Origin: Parafilimonas sp.
GTDB taxonomy: Bacteria; Bacteroidota; Bacteroidia; Chitinophagales; Chitinophagaceae
Direction of reading: 5' to 3'
DNA: 54,713 nt
NCBI GenBank assembly: GCA_040003735.1
Contig: JBDUBY010000131.1
Span: 1 to 54,713, forward strand
The notes under the pieces were generated by a model. That model was given only the letters and a program-made list of their open reading frames with translations. It searched no databases and was not told the origin of the DNA. Shown here piece after piece: positions 29,932-40,494 of the stretch. Numbering within the stretch: the stretch's first letter is position 1; each line of letters starts with the position of its first letter. A program made the position numbers and the translations under genes.

Positions 29932-31410
29932 ATGGCATTAAGTCAAACTTTACAGCAAAAATTATTACAAAGGCTATCTCCGCAACAAATTCAGTTAATG
30001 AAATTGCTGCAAATACCTACGGCAAATCTTGATGAAAGGATTAAGGAAGAACTGGAAGAAAACCCTGCACTTGAAGTGACAGAGGAAGGAAGTGACGATT
30101 CCTTTGAAGAACGTGCGGAAGAATTTGATGCACCCGAAGAAGAATACGATGGCAGTGAAGATGAATATGAAAATATAAATATTTCTGATTATGTAGCCGA
30201 TGGTGATGATGATGTTGCAGATTATAAATTACGCGATGAAAATTATGGCGATAATGAAGAGCAGAAAACAATTCCGCTAAGGGTTGAAACAACTTTGCAC
30301 GATTTATTGGTTGATCAGTTGGGCATGTTATCGTTGGATGAAAGAAGATTAAAAATTGCTGAGCAGATTGTTGGCAGCATAGATGATGATGGTTATTTAA
30401 GACGCGAATTAAGCTCTATAGTTGATGATCTTGCCTTCAGGCAAAACATTGATGCATCTGAAGAAGAAATTGAAGAGATCATAAAATTAATTCAGCAGTT
30501 TGATCCGCCAGGTGTGTGTGCAAGAGATTTGCAGGAATGCTTAATGTTGCAATTGTTGCGCCAGCAGGTTGATGGAAAAGAGGTAGCGCTTGCTATAAAA
30601 ATAGTTGACAAATACTTTGATGAGTTTACTAAAAAACATTACGAAAAAATTCAGCGTGGATTAAATATTTCTGATGAAGAATTAAAAGAAGTGATCAATT
30701 TAATTCTGAAATTAAATCCAAGGCCAGGCGGTAATGTGGGCGAAGTAAATAAAGCAGAAAGTTATATCATTCCTGATTTTTTTATTATAAATACTGCAGG
30801 CAAATTAGACCTTACACTTAATTCTAAAAACGCTCCCGATCTGCGTATCAGCGAAGGCTATCGCGATATGCTGAAAGAATATGACCGTGGTGCAAAAAAA
30901 GATAAGCGCCAGAAAGAAGCAGTGCTTTTCATCAAACAAAAAATAGATTCCGCTAAATGGTTTATTGATATGATTAAGCAACGTCAGAATACTTTGTTGA
31001 GTACAATGGGCGCTATCATGCATTATCAAAAAGATTTTTTTCTTACCGGTGATGAAACCACTTTGAAGCCGATGATCTTAAAAGATATTGCTGAAATTAC
31101 GGGGCTTGATATTTCAACAGTAAGCCGTGTTGCAAACAGCAAATTTGTGCAAACAGAATTTGGCACATATCGCTTGAAATTTTTCTTCAGTGAATCTTTA
31201 AGCACAGACAGCGGCGAAGAAGTGAGCACACGCGAAGTGAAAAAAATATTGAGTGACCTTGTTGAAGCAGAACATAAAAAGAAGCCATTAAGTGATGAAC
31301 GCTTAACTGAATTACTACAGGAAAAAGGATACAATATTGCAAGAAGAACCGTTGCAAAATATCGTGAACAATTAAACATACCTGTTGCGCGCTTACGTAA
31401 AGAACTATAA
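29932..31410 (+). CDS. rpoN: RNA polymerase sigma-54 factor
   Basis: Q/L-rich region I, ISTVSRV HTH, RpoN box ARRTVAKYREQL. Confidence 0.97.
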   Translation: MALSQTLQQKLLQRLSPQQIQLMKLLQIPTANLDERIKEELEENPALEVTEEGSDDSFEERAEEFDAPEEEYDGSEDEYENINISDYVADGDDDVADYKLRDENYGDNEEQKTIPLRVETTLHDLLVDQLGMLSLDERRLKIAEQIVGSIDDDGYLRRELSSIVDDLAFRQNIDASEEEIEEIIKLIQQFDPPGVCARDLQECLMLQLLRQQVDGKEVALAIKIVDKYFDEFTKKHYEKIQRGLNISDEELKEVINLILKLNPRPGGNVGEVNKAESYIIPDFFIINTAGKLDLTLNSKNAPDLRISEGYRDMLKEYDRGAKKDKRQKEAVLFIKQKIDSAKWFIDMIKQRQNTLLSTMGAIMHYQKDFFLTGDETTLKPMILKDIAEITGLDISTVSRVANSKFVQTEFGTYRLKFFFSESLSTDSGEEVSTREVKKILSDLVEAEHKKKPLSDERLTELLQEKGYNIARRTVAKYREQLNIPVARLRKEL

Positions 31411-31413
31411 CTT

Positions 31414-32076
31414 ATGCAACAGGAACTTGCTGTAAATACTTTGGGAGAACAACCACCGGCATTAAAAATTTTCGCAAAAGTTATTTCATATATTCTTCAC
31501 CCGCTTTTTATACCGGTATATGTTTTTTTTTGGTTGACGCAACGTTTCCCGATTCATTTTGATAACATTACTGCAGTCGGGTTAACATTTAAAACTATCA
31601 GCGTTTTTTTAAATGCAACCTTCTTTCCTGCTTTCGCTGTTTTTCTTTTATGGAGATTGAAATTTATTGAAACAATTTATTTGCGCACGCAAAAAGACCG
31701 CATTATTCCTTATATCATTACCATGATATTTTATTGGTGGATGTGGTATTTAAGCAGAACATTTACCGATCAGCCTGATGTACTGAAATTCTTTTATTTC
31801 GGCATTTTTTTAAATACGGTTTTTGGTTTGGTGCTCAATAATTTTATTAAAATAAGCATGCATGCAATGGGTGCAGGCACTGCAGTGGTTTTTGTAATTC
31901 TTACCTGTTTACATTATCAAATATTTTTAGGTACCGACATCATCATAGTTACGTTTTTAGCCGGGCTTATTTGCACAGCAAGGCTGTTGCTTAACGAGCA
32001 TTCTTCCGCAGAAATTTATATGGGATTATTCATCGGTATCATTTGCCAGTTTATTGGTGTTTGGATAGCATTGTAA
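31414..32076 (+). CDS. Multi-pass membrane protein (PAP2-like C-terminus)
   Basis: ISYILHP, KISMHAMG, ARLLLNEHSSAEIY; about 7 TM segments. Confidence 0.7.
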   Translation: MQQELAVNTLGEQPPALKIFAKVISYILHPLFIPVYVFFWLTQRFPIHFDNITAVGLTFKTISVFLNATFFPAFAVFLLWRLKFIETIYLRTQKDRIIPYIITMIFYWWMWYLSRTFTDQPDVLKFFYFGIFLNTVFGLVLNNFIKISMHAMGAGTAVVFVILTCLHYQIFLGTDIIIVTFLAGLICTARLLLNEHSSAEIYMGLFIGIICQFIGVWIAL

Positions 32077-32132
32077 ATGAATTGCGTAATTGTGAATTCA
32101 CAAATTCGACAATTCAATAATCCGCTAATTGA
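32077..32132. repeat. 8-bp-period AATT tandem repeats in inverted arrangement at convergent gene ends
   Basis: atgaattg cgtaattg tgaatt / caaattcg acaattca ataatccg ctaattga. Confidence 0.55.
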
Positions 32133-32901
32133 ATAAATGTCCGTGCCTGTATAAATCAAACAACACAGCAATTAAGTTGAATATAAAATGAAAAATAACG
32201 CCATACCAAATTGTTCCAAAGCGTTTACGCATCACACCAACAAGAATACCAAAAGGCACCAGCCAGAATAAAGAAATAAAACTCAGGTGCATGATGCCAA
32301 ATGTGAAGCCGGTTACAATTACCACAACGCGCTGGTCTAAAAATGAATCAAGATAATTATACAACACACCACGAAATGCAAGCTCTTCAAATATGGCAGG
32401 ATAAATTGCAATTGAATAAATCATTACTGCAGCTGGCATTGTATAAATGCTGTAGTGACCATAATAACTTGTATCCGTTCCAAAAAAAGAAAAATTAAGC
32501 TTGGTAATAATAATGTTTACAATAACAGAACCGATTGCAGCAAGCGAAATACAACCTGTTAAACGAATTACATTAAAGTTGCGAAATTTCAATAAAGGTT
32601 TTATCGTGTCAAAGTTTTTGAACACATGGTATAAAGTAAATGCCGCAAGAAAAACTTCAATCCAAAAAAGATGATCATAACTATCGAACCAACTGTTGGT
32701 TTGTACAATAAGGCAAACAAATAAATACACAATAAAAAAAGCAAACGCTGATTGCAAATTACTGTTGTTGAACAAACTTATTTTCGTTCCGTCAAAACCA
32801 AGATATTCACCACAATGATGGCAAAACCGGTGAAAGCCTTTTACTTCATTATTACAGGCATCGCAATAATAAATGTTATTTGAATTCTTTTCATCCATCA
32901 T
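32125..32901 (-). CDS. CPBP (Abi/CAAX) intramembrane metalloprotease with N-terminal zinc ribbon
   Basis: CDAC...CHHC; EELAFRG, FGIMH, HFIFN. Confidence 0.88.
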   Translation of the reverse strand: MMDEKNSNNIYYCDACNNEVKGFHRFCHHCGEYLGFDGTKISLFNNSNLQSAFAFFIVYLFVCLIVQTNSWFDSYDHLFWIEVFLAAFTLYHVFKNFDTIKPLLKFRNFNVIRLTGCISLAAIGSVIVNIIITKLNFSFFGTDTSYYGHYSIYTMPAAVMIYSIAIYPAIFEELAFRGVLYNYLDSFLDQRVVVIVTGFTFGIMHLSFISLFWLVPFGILVGVMRKRFGTIWYGVIFHFIFNLIAVLFDLYRHGHLFN

Positions 32902-33494
32902 AACCTCACCTGCAATTCTTCTTTAATTAAATTAATGCGATAAGCGCCCTGCACACCTCTTAATACAACAAATAACAAAGCAAGACAAAGACACATCCCG
33001 GTTATTCCCTGGAGTGTTGTAAACGACTCAGATAATCTTTCAAAAATATTTATGGCAGAAAATACAATCAAAATAATGAATGATGTGAGTAATGCAGTGA
33101 ATGGATTTTTTTGACTCCAAAATGCAAGAAAGAAAAACAACGCGGAAAGCAATGCAGCCATTGCTACGATAATATATTTCTGGTTGCCTTTTGCAAAAAT
33201 GAAAAAGATGCCTAATGATAAAAATGCACCCATCACATATAAAACTATTCTTGCAACCAACACCGCATTTTCAGCTTTAAATAAAAAATGCTTTCGTTGC
33301 TGAATGCGCTTTTGGTAAACATCTGCCAGTTGATAATTTTTTATGGGATAACCGCAATTGGTGCAGAAAGTATAATTAATTTCATTAACATAATTACACT
33401 GTTTGCATATTGCAGCTTGTGATTTGTTGCGATCAGTTCCAGGCAAGAATGCATTTATTTTTTGTATAGCTGATATATATTTTTCCTGCAGCAT
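32898..33494 (-). CDS. Zinc-ribbon four-TM membrane protein (start uncertain)
   Basis: CKQC...CTNCG followed by four hydrophobic helices; 4-nt overlap with the CPBP gene. Confidence 0.7.
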   Translation of the reverse strand: MLQEKYISAIQKINAFLPGTDRNKSQAAICKQCNYVNEINYTFCTNCGYPIKNYQLADVYQKRIQQRKHFLFKAENAVLVARIVLYVMGAFLSLGIFFIFAKGNQKYIIVAMAALLSALFFFLAFWSQKNPFTALLTSFIILIVFSAINIFERLSESFTTLQGITGMCLCLALLFVVLRGVQGAYRINLIKEELQVRL

Positions 33495-33640
33495 TTCAAC
33501 CCTTTCTTTACACGTATTAAAATCTTTGGTTATAACGAATCTATGCAAATTATGTTTTTTGCGATTGATTATTGATGACATATTGCCAATGGCGAATGCT
33601 TACAATATGCGTTGTATCTTTGCAGCTGAAACTGATGAAC

Positions 33641-33880
33641 ATGAAGAAGCTTGTTATGTTTTGTTTGATCTTATTCTTTGCGCTTATATGTGTATCTACC
33701 TTGAAAGCGCAATGCTCTATTTGTACGGCAACCGCGTCACAATTAGGCCAAAAACAAGGCAATGGATTAAACGCAGGTATTATTTATTTAATGCTTACAC
33801 CGTTTGCAGTTGGCGGATTTATTGGTTACCGTTGGTGGAGAAGCGAAAAAGCAGCTAAAGAAGCTGAAGCGCTTAATTAG
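33641..33880 (+). CDS. Small membrane protein with AQCSIC motif
   Basis: Signal peptide, CxxC, GLNAGIIYLM TM helix; TATCTTTG box at 33615-33622. Confidence 0.75.
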   Translation: MKKLVMFCLILFFALICVSTLKAQCSICTATASQLGQKQGNGLNAGIIYLMLTPFAVGGFIGYRWWRSEKAAKEAEALN

Positions 33881-33941
33881 CCAATTACATCAATGAAAAT
33901 ATTGTGAAGTGAACAGCGAAAATTTTCTTTAAAATTATTGC

Positions 33942-34766
33942 ATGATCAGTATTATAACCGCTATTCACAACGGAATCGCTATCAATAAATTTTATGAAGC
34001 CTCGCTGAAAAAATATACAGTCAATCCTTTTGAGCTGATCATTATTGATAACGTTTCTACAGATGGCAGCACAAAGTTTTTTGAAGATGCGGGTTATACT
34101 GTTATACGCAATCTGCATAATTATTCTTATCCATATTGTCAAAATCAGGGAATAAAAATTGCCAAAGGCGATTATCTTTTTTTTCTGAATAATGATATTG
34201 TACTCGGTCCGCGCTGGGATGAATTATTGATACATGTAGCTACGAAAAAAAATCTTGATATCCTGTCTGCATGCGATAACGGAAATGTTGGTGATGCAAA
34301 AATTTCAAGGCGAATGCGCAACAAATGGAAACGCATTAAATACAGCGTTATGCAATTGGGTATAAACCAGTTTTCTTTAAACCTTATGATGAAATTAATG
34401 TATGGAAACTGGGAGAAATTTTGCAATAAAAGATATGCTGATTTTAATGATGCAACCATTCAGGGAATTATTGGTGATAATGTAATGATGACAAAACGCG
34501 GAATTGAGGTTGCTGGCTTATGGGATGAAAGAATTCAGTCTGCAGATTTTGATTTATTCATGCGTGTGCAACAAAAAATTGAACAAGGCGCTGATATAAA
34601 ACCTTGCCAGGTTGCGCTGGGCGTATACATTCATCACTTCTCAAGAATGACAGTAAAGTATGCTGCAAAACCAGCACCGTTTATTGATGAAAAAAATCTT
34701 ATTGAACTAAAAGAAAAATGGACGCCGGAAGAATTAAAGAAATATAATCCCGATAATCCTGCGTAA
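33942..34766 (+). CDS. Glycosyltransferase family 2
   Basis: ISII, IIIDNVSTDGS, NQG, FLNND, WDE, DFDL. Confidence 0.88.
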   Translation: MISIITAIHNGIAINKFYEASLKKYTVNPFELIIIDNVSTDGSTKFFEDAGYTVIRNLHNYSYPYCQNQGIKIAKGDYLFFLNNDIVLGPRWDELLIHVATKKNLDILSACDNGNVGDAKISRRMRNKWKRIKYSVMQLGINQFSLNLMMKLMYGNWEKFCNKRYADFNDATIQGIIGDNVMMTKRGIEVAGLWDERIQSADFDLFMRVQQKIEQGADIKPCQVALGVYIHHFSRMTVKYAAKPAPFIDEKNLIELKEKWTPEELKKYNPDNPA

Positions 34767-34774
34767 TATTTACA

Positions 34775-35665
34775 CTACAATTTGTTTGCAACAAATTCAT
34801 ATAAATTAAAATGGTTTTGTGCTAAATATTCTGCAATTTCTTTTTGCAATTGATGTGTAGAAGTGTTACGCATCCTTTTTTCTCTTAATAAATAAAAAGC
34901 TTTTTGCGCCAGCAACCACGATTGTTTTTCCGTATTTTCAACAGACAATTGTTGCAAAATTTCTTTTGCCAATAAATCAATTCCATGTTTTGTTGAAGCA
35001 ACAGTTTCAACAACAGGAACATCTTTTTTTATGTTGAATGATGAAATCGTTTGCCGCAAACTGTTTGCAAATTTTGAAGCATTTGGCTTATCACTTTTAT
35101 TCACAACAAAAATATCCGCTATCTCCATCAGGCCGCTTTTTAATGATTGTATCTCATCGCCATACTCAGGAATTAATACAACAATAGTGGTGTTGGCAAT
35201 GCCTGCAATTTCTACTTCGTTCTGGCCTGCGCCAACAGTTTCAATTATTATATAATCAAAATCGGCAGCCTGCATTAATGTAATTATTTCAATGATGTTA
35301 GGATTAACGCCGCCTGGGTTTCCTCTTGATGCAAGTGAACGAATAAACACATCAGGATGATTGTACCAGCTTTGCATTCTTATTCTGTCGCCAAGCAATG
35401 CACCCGAAGTAAATGGTGATGATGGATCAACACACAACACACCAACCTTTTTTTGTTGTTGAATTAATACTTCAATTAATGCATCGGTTAGTGTGCTTTT
35501 ACCAGCACCGGGCGGCCCTGTAATTCCAATTAACGGTGTTTGCTTTTGTTGAAATGTTTGCAGTATTTCAAATGTATTTTCGTTGTTGTTTTCAACTAAA
35601 GTTATGGCACGTGCCAATGCTTTTCTATCGCCGTTTTGTATCTTATCTTTTAATTCATTCAACAT
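34775..35665 (-). CDS. meaB: Methylmalonyl-CoA mutase-associated GTPase MeaB
   Basis: GITGPPGAGKST, DPSSP...LLGDRIRM, ETVGAGQ, NKSD. Confidence 0.93.
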   Translation of the reverse strand: MLNELKDKIQNGDRKALARAITLVENNNENTFEILQTFQQKQTPLIGITGPPGAGKSTLTDALIEVLIQQQKKVGVLCVDPSSPFTSGALLGDRIRMQSWYNHPDVFIRSLASRGNPGGVNPNIIEIITLMQAADFDYIIIETVGAGQNEVEIAGIANTTIVVLIPEYGDEIQSLKSGLMEIADIFVVNKSDKPNASKFANSLRQTISSFNIKKDVPVVETVASTKHGIDLLAKEILQQLSVENTEKQSWLLAQKAFYLLREKRMRNTSTHQLQKEIAEYLAQNHFNLYEFVANKL

Positions 35666-35768
35666 AAAGCGATAAAACTAATTTATTCTCTTCGCGAAAT
35701 TTTATTGAAATAAAGTTGATGATTAATCTCAAATTGATTAACCAAATATTATGTACAAACAAACAGGA

Positions 35769-37610
35769 TTATTTTTTATCGTATTCTTTTTCTTTCTGAT
35801 CATAAAAATCTTTTAGCACATAAAATGCTTCTTTCTTTTGACCTGTTTCTGAAATCAATCCTTTTCTGTTCCATCCATTTTGATAATCTGGATTCATTCT
35901 TTTTGGTGAGCGAAAATCAACCAGGATCCACGGCGTTAGTCCTCTTAAATTATTAATCTTGCTGATTAAAGGTATTTGATGTTCGTAAAAACTTTTTTGA
36001 TATTCTTCGCTAAAACGTGTCGCAGAATCTGCATGAAAACCAGCTAAAGCACCAGCGCCTAATTCACTTATGATTACAGGTTTATTGTAATTAATTTTAA
36101 AATTAAATTTATTTATTTCCCATGGCATGCCACCTGTATACCAGCCATAATATTCATTAAAACTTACCACATCTAATTTTTTTCCTAAAGGATCATCAAC
36201 ATTAATTGTATCGCCGGTTGTGTGCGTTAATAATGCTGCAGAAATCAATCTCGAGTTGTCTAATGAATGTGCCGTATCTGCCATCGCTTCCATAAATCTT
36301 TCTCGTTCGGGAATGTTGGGTGTTTCATTTCCTATCGACCAAACAATAACGCTTGCACGGTTTTTATCGCGTTGAATCAAGTCAGTAATTTGATGTTCTG
36401 CATTTCTTAATGTTGAATCATTTGTCCAATCAATCGTCCAGTAAACCGGCACTTCTTCCCATAATAAAATTCCCATTGAATCTGCCAGTCTTGATTCTTC
36501 TTCATTATGCGGATAATGTGCAAGACGAATAAAATTGCAGTTAAGTTCCTTTGCCCAACTCAACAACATTCTGCAATCACTTATATTTCTTGGCCTGCCC
36601 GGAATTAATGGATCTTCATCATGCAAAGCAATGCCACGTAAAAAAATTGGTTTGCCATTTAATAAAATATTTGTTCCGCTTGCTTCAATAGTTCTAAAAC
36701 CAATTTCATCTTCAACAGAATCTGTACTGCATGTGATATAAACTTTATATCGCGTCGGGTTTTCCGGTGACCAGTAATTTATTTTTTTTACAGGAATATT
36801 AAACGATGCTTTGCCACTTGCATCAGTTGTTACAGTAGTTTGCAAACCAGCTTCAGGAATATTTATTTTTATTTGCTGTGATAGGTTTTCTCCGTTCAGT
36901 TGCACAAAACCTATAATTTCTTTTAAATCATTTTTAGCAAGCTGTACTTTATAATCTTTAATAAATGTTGAAGGCATTTCAGCCAATAACACATCTCTTG
37001 TTATGCCGCCATAATTCCACCAGTCAAAATTATCTGTTGGCACATTTTCTTTTTTGCGTGCATTATTTACCTTTATTACAATGAAATTATTTCCATCATT
37101 TAATTGCTTTGTTACATCAAATTCAAATGGCGTAAAGCCGCCTGCATGCACGCCGAGTTTTTTATCATTCAATGAAATATATGCATCATAATTAATGGCG
37201 TTGAACCTTAAAAAATATCTTTTGTTTGGTTGAGGATGAACAACAAAATCATGTTCATACCAAACGGTGCCTTCATAATATAATAATTTTTCATCCTGTG
37301 AATTCCAGTCGCCGGGAACATTTAATGTTGGTGAAGTCGAAAAATTATATTCTGATAATTCTGATTTGGATTGCTGTTGTTTGTTTTCAAAAAATCCTGT
37401 CAATTTATTTTCATCATCAGCTTTCGCACCCTGGAAACCACGAAAGCCTGTTTCAAAAGGATCGATAATGTAATGCCATCTTCCATCAAGATTTAGATAA
37501 TGTCTTGCATAAATATTTTGAATTAAAGAAGATTGAGCGTAAATACGAATACAACTAAATAAGAGAAAGATTAAGAGTAAATTTTTTTTCACAATGAGCT
37601 TTTTATTCAT
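35769..37610 (-). CDS. GH2 beta-glucuronidase-like glycoside hydrolase
   Basis: GGFTPF, NYGGITRDV, RLAHYPH, WSIGNE, ISELGA, WNRKG. Confidence 0.9.
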   Translation of the reverse strand: MNKKLIVKKNLLLIFLLFSCIRIYAQSSLIQNIYARHYLNLDGRWHYIIDPFETGFRGFQGAKADDENKLTGFFENKQQQSKSELSEYNFSTSPTLNVPGDWNSQDEKLLYYEGTVWYEHDFVVHPQPNKRYFLRFNAINYDAYISLNDKKLGVHAGGFTPFEFDVTKQLNDGNNFIVIKVNNARKKENVPTDNFDWWNYGGITRDVLLAEMPSTFIKDYKVQLAKNDLKEIIGFVQLNGENLSQQIKINIPEAGLQTTVTTDASGKASFNIPVKKINYWSPENPTRYKVYITCSTDSVEDEIGFRTIEASGTNILLNGKPIFLRGIALHDEDPLIPGRPRNISDCRMLLSWAKELNCNFIRLAHYPHNEEESRLADSMGILLWEEVPVYWTIDWTNDSTLRNAEHQITDLIQRDKNRASVIVWSIGNETPNIPERERFMEAMADTAHSLDNSRLISAALLTHTTGDTINVDDPLGKKLDVVSFNEYYGWYTGGMPWEINKFNFKINYNKPVIISELGAGALAGFHADSATRFSEEYQKSFYEHQIPLISKINNLRGLTPWILVDFRSPKRMNPDYQNGWNRKGLISETGQKKEAFYVLKDFYDQKEKEYDKK

Positions 37611-37650
37611 GGCAATTTAATAAAAGCTGTGTTAAATTATTCAACTATAA

Positions 37651-39312
37651 TTAAGCCTTCTTCACTTCTTTAGCCCACGTATCTTTCAAAGTAACTGTTC
37701 TATTAAAGATCATTTTATTTTCAGTTGAATCTTTATCTAAATTAAAATATCCTTTGCGCAAAAATTGGTAACGTTCATCAGCAACTGCGTTTTTTAAAGC
37801 AGGTTCAGCATATACAACGGGAATAATTTTCAATGAATCTTTATTGATGTAATCTTTGAAATCGTCTTCTTCATTCGACGGATTTTCTACCTTAAATAAA
37901 CGGTCGTACAATCTTACTTCAGCAGTAACTGCATGTTGAATACTCACCCAATGTAATGTGCCTTTTACTTTTATGTTTGATGTATCGTGGCCGCTTTTAC
38001 TTTCAGAAATATAGGAACAATTTAGCTGAATAATTTTACCTGTTTCATCTTTAATTACTTCATCGCATTTTATAATATACGCGCCTTTTAAACGCACCAT
38101 GCCGCCCGGAAATAACCTAAAAAATTTCTTCTGCGGATTCTCCATAAAATCTTCCTGCTCTATAAATAATTCTTTGCCAAAAGGCACATCACGAAAACTG
38201 CCATTAGTATCTTCAGGGTTGTCTTCAACACTTACGATTTCATCTTCATTTGTGTAATTGGTGAGCACAATCTTTAGTGGATCGAATACCACCATCCTGC
38301 GCAAAGCAATCTTATTCAAATCTTCACGCACACAAAATTCTAATAAACTTAAATCAGCAACATTTTCTCTTTTTGCAATTCCAACGCGATCACAAAAATC
38401 ACGAATGGCCGCGGCTGTATATCCACGTCTTCTGTAAGCGCTGATGGTTGGCATTCTCGGATCATCCCAACCATCAACATGTTTTTCGTTTACCAATTGC
38501 AACAACTTGCGTTTACTCATCACCGTATAACTCAAATTTCTTCTTGCAAATTCATATTGATGAGAAGGGAAAATGTCAAGCTTTTCTATAAACCAATCAT
38601 ACAATTCACGGTGAGGAACAAATTCCAACGTACAAATGCTATGCGTAATATGTTCGATAGAATCGCTTTGTCCATGCGCAAAATCATACATTGGATAGAT
38701 GCACCAATTATTTCCGGTACGATGATGATGCGCATGTTTTATACGATACATCAGCGGGTCGCGCATCAGCATATTTGGATGGCTCATATCAATTTTTGCA
38801 CGCAACACACGTTCGCCATCTTTAAATTTTCCTGCTTTCATATCTTCAAACAACTGCAGGTTTTCTTCAATGCTTCTGTCCCGAAATTTACTGTTTATGC
38901 CAGGTTGTGTTGGTGTGCCTTTTTCAGCGGCAATAGTTTCGCTGTTGTTATCATCAACATAAGCATATCCTTTTCTAATCAGCTTTATTGCAAACAGGTA
39001 TAGCTCTTCAAAATAATCTGAAGCATATAATTCATTCTTCCATTCAAAACCTAACCAATGCACATCGTTCTTAATGCTTTCAACATATTCTGTTTCTTCT
39101 GTTGTTGGGTTGGTATCATCAAAACGTAAATTGGTATAGCCGCCATATTTTTTAGATAGTCCAAAATTCAAACAAATACTTGTTGCATGGCCCATGTGCA
39201 GATAGCCATTTGGCTCTGGTGGAAAACGCGTAACAATAGACACGTGTTTGCCTTTATTGATATCATTTTCTATAATTTCTTCTAAAAAATTTAAAGATTT
39301 TTCGTCTGCCAT
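37651..39312 (-). CDS. glnS: Glutamine--tRNA ligase
   Basis: TRFPPEPNGYLHMGH, MSKRKL, WDDPRMPT, YQFLRKGYF. Confidence 0.96.
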   Translation of the reverse strand: MADEKSLNFLEEIIENDINKGKHVSIVTRFPPEPNGYLHMGHATSICLNFGLSKKYGGYTNLRFDDTNPTTEETEYVESIKNDVHWLGFEWKNELYASDYFEELYLFAIKLIRKGYAYVDDNNSETIAAEKGTPTQPGINSKFRDRSIEENLQLFEDMKAGKFKDGERVLRAKIDMSHPNMLMRDPLMYRIKHAHHHRTGNNWCIYPMYDFAHGQSDSIEHITHSICTLEFVPHRELYDWFIEKLDIFPSHQYEFARRNLSYTVMSKRKLLQLVNEKHVDGWDDPRMPTISAYRRRGYTAAAIRDFCDRVGIAKRENVADLSLLEFCVREDLNKIALRRMVVFDPLKIVLTNYTNEDEIVSVEDNPEDTNGSFRDVPFGKELFIEQEDFMENPQKKFFRLFPGGMVRLKGAYIIKCDEVIKDETGKIIQLNCSYISESKSGHDTSNIKVKGTLHWVSIQHAVTAEVRLYDRLFKVENPSNEEDDFKDYINKDSLKIIPVVYAEPALKNAVADERYQFLRKGYFNLDKDSTENKMIFNRTVTLKDTWAKEVKKA

Positions 39313-39483
39313 ATGCAAACAAAGATAAATGGTTATACTTGCTGAATAAAGGTTTGATTGCAGCTTAATGCTACGTGAAATATTGAAGGAAAAGTTAAAC
39401 TCTTTTAAATGACAGCCTAATAATTAATGTGGACTAATTGTTAATTAACTTGTCTTCCTTATTACTTCTATGTTATTTGCAAC

Positions 39484-40176
39484 ATGCGCTTAATGATGAA
39501 TAATTTTTTATTATCTTTTTTTACGATCGCCGGAATTTTTTCCTTTACATCCTGCGCGGAACATAATTCAACCAAAAATATAAGCGAAGAAAACATTAAA
39601 GCAACTATTACTGATACAGCAAGTTTTGGTACCGGTTGTTTTTGGTGTACTGAAGCAATTTTTGAAAGGTTGAACGGTGTTATAAAAGTCATAAGTGGTT
39701 ACAGCGGCGGTTCTGTTCCTAATCCTACTTATGAAGAAGTTTCAACAGGCACAACCGGCCATGCTGAATGCTGCCAGGTTGTGTTTGATCCATCAATAAT
39801 AAGTTATGATGATTTGCTTGAAGTATTTTGGAAAACACATGATCCTACAACATTAAACCGGCAGGGAAATGATGTAGGCACACAATACCGCAGCGTTATC
39901 TTTTATCATTCGCAAAAACAAAAAGAAAAAGCCGAGCATTATAAAGCTGCATTAAACGACAGTAGCGTATTTAATAAACCTATTGTAACGGCAATTGAAC
40001 CGTATAAGAATTTTTATTCAGCAGAAGATTATCACCAAAAATATTTTGAATACAATCCCGGACAAATGTATTGCCGCCTGGTAATTGCGCCTAAGGTTGA
40101 AAAATTTGAAAAAGTATTTAAGAGCAAATTAAAAAGCAGCGCCAAATACAGCGAGATGGCAAATAATGGCGAATAA
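39484..40176 (+). CDS. msrA: Peptide-methionine (S)-S-oxide reductase MsrA, predicted lipoprotein
   Basis: GCFWCTE, GTTGHAE, QYRSVIF, AEDYHQ; FTSC lipobox. Confidence 0.95.
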   Translation: MRLMMNNFLLSFFTIAGIFSFTSCAEHNSTKNISEENIKATITDTASFGTGCFWCTEAIFERLNGVIKVISGYSGGSVPNPTYEEVSTGTTGHAECCQVVFDPSIISYDDLLEVFWKTHDPTTLNRQGNDVGTQYRSVIFYHSQKQKEKAEHYKAALNDSSVFNKPIVTAIEPYKNFYSAEDYHQKYFEYNPGQMYCRLVIAPKVEKFEKVFKSKLKSSAKYSEMANNGE

Positions 40177-40193
40177 CTTTTTTACATTTGCGA

Positions 40194-40475
40194 ATGAGTG
40201 AAATGCATATTGGCGAAGCACTAAAAAAATTTCTAAACAAAAGCAATCTTAAAAGTGGCGTAAGAGCTGTACAAATTGAAACTGTTTGGGAAGATGTAAT
40301 GGGTAAAACAATTGCACGTTATACTGATAAAATACAGATCATTAATAATACGCTTTTTATTTATACTTCAGTTGCCGCTTTAAAGCAGGAATTAGTTTAT
40401 CAAAAGCCAAAAATAATACAGCGCGTAAACGAAGCTTTACATGAAAAGGTAATTACTGATGTTGTTATAAAATAA
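40194..40475 (+). CDS. DUF721 / DciA-like protein
   Basis: WEDVMGKTIARYT, LKQEL; TACATTTG box at 40183-40190. Confidence 0.85.
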   Translation: MSEMHIGEALKKFLNKSNLKSGVRAVQIETVWEDVMGKTIARYTDKIQIINNTLFIYTSVAALKQELVYQKPKIIQRVNEALHEKVITDVVIK

Positions 40476-40494
40476 AATATTACCCGAATAAATA

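Noticed and set aside
34775-35665. meaB as evidence for an ethylmalonyl-CoA pathway linked to ccr
   Set aside because: About 9 kb away among unrelated genes; MeaB serves the ordinary methylmalonyl-CoA mutase and no ecm or mcd is visible
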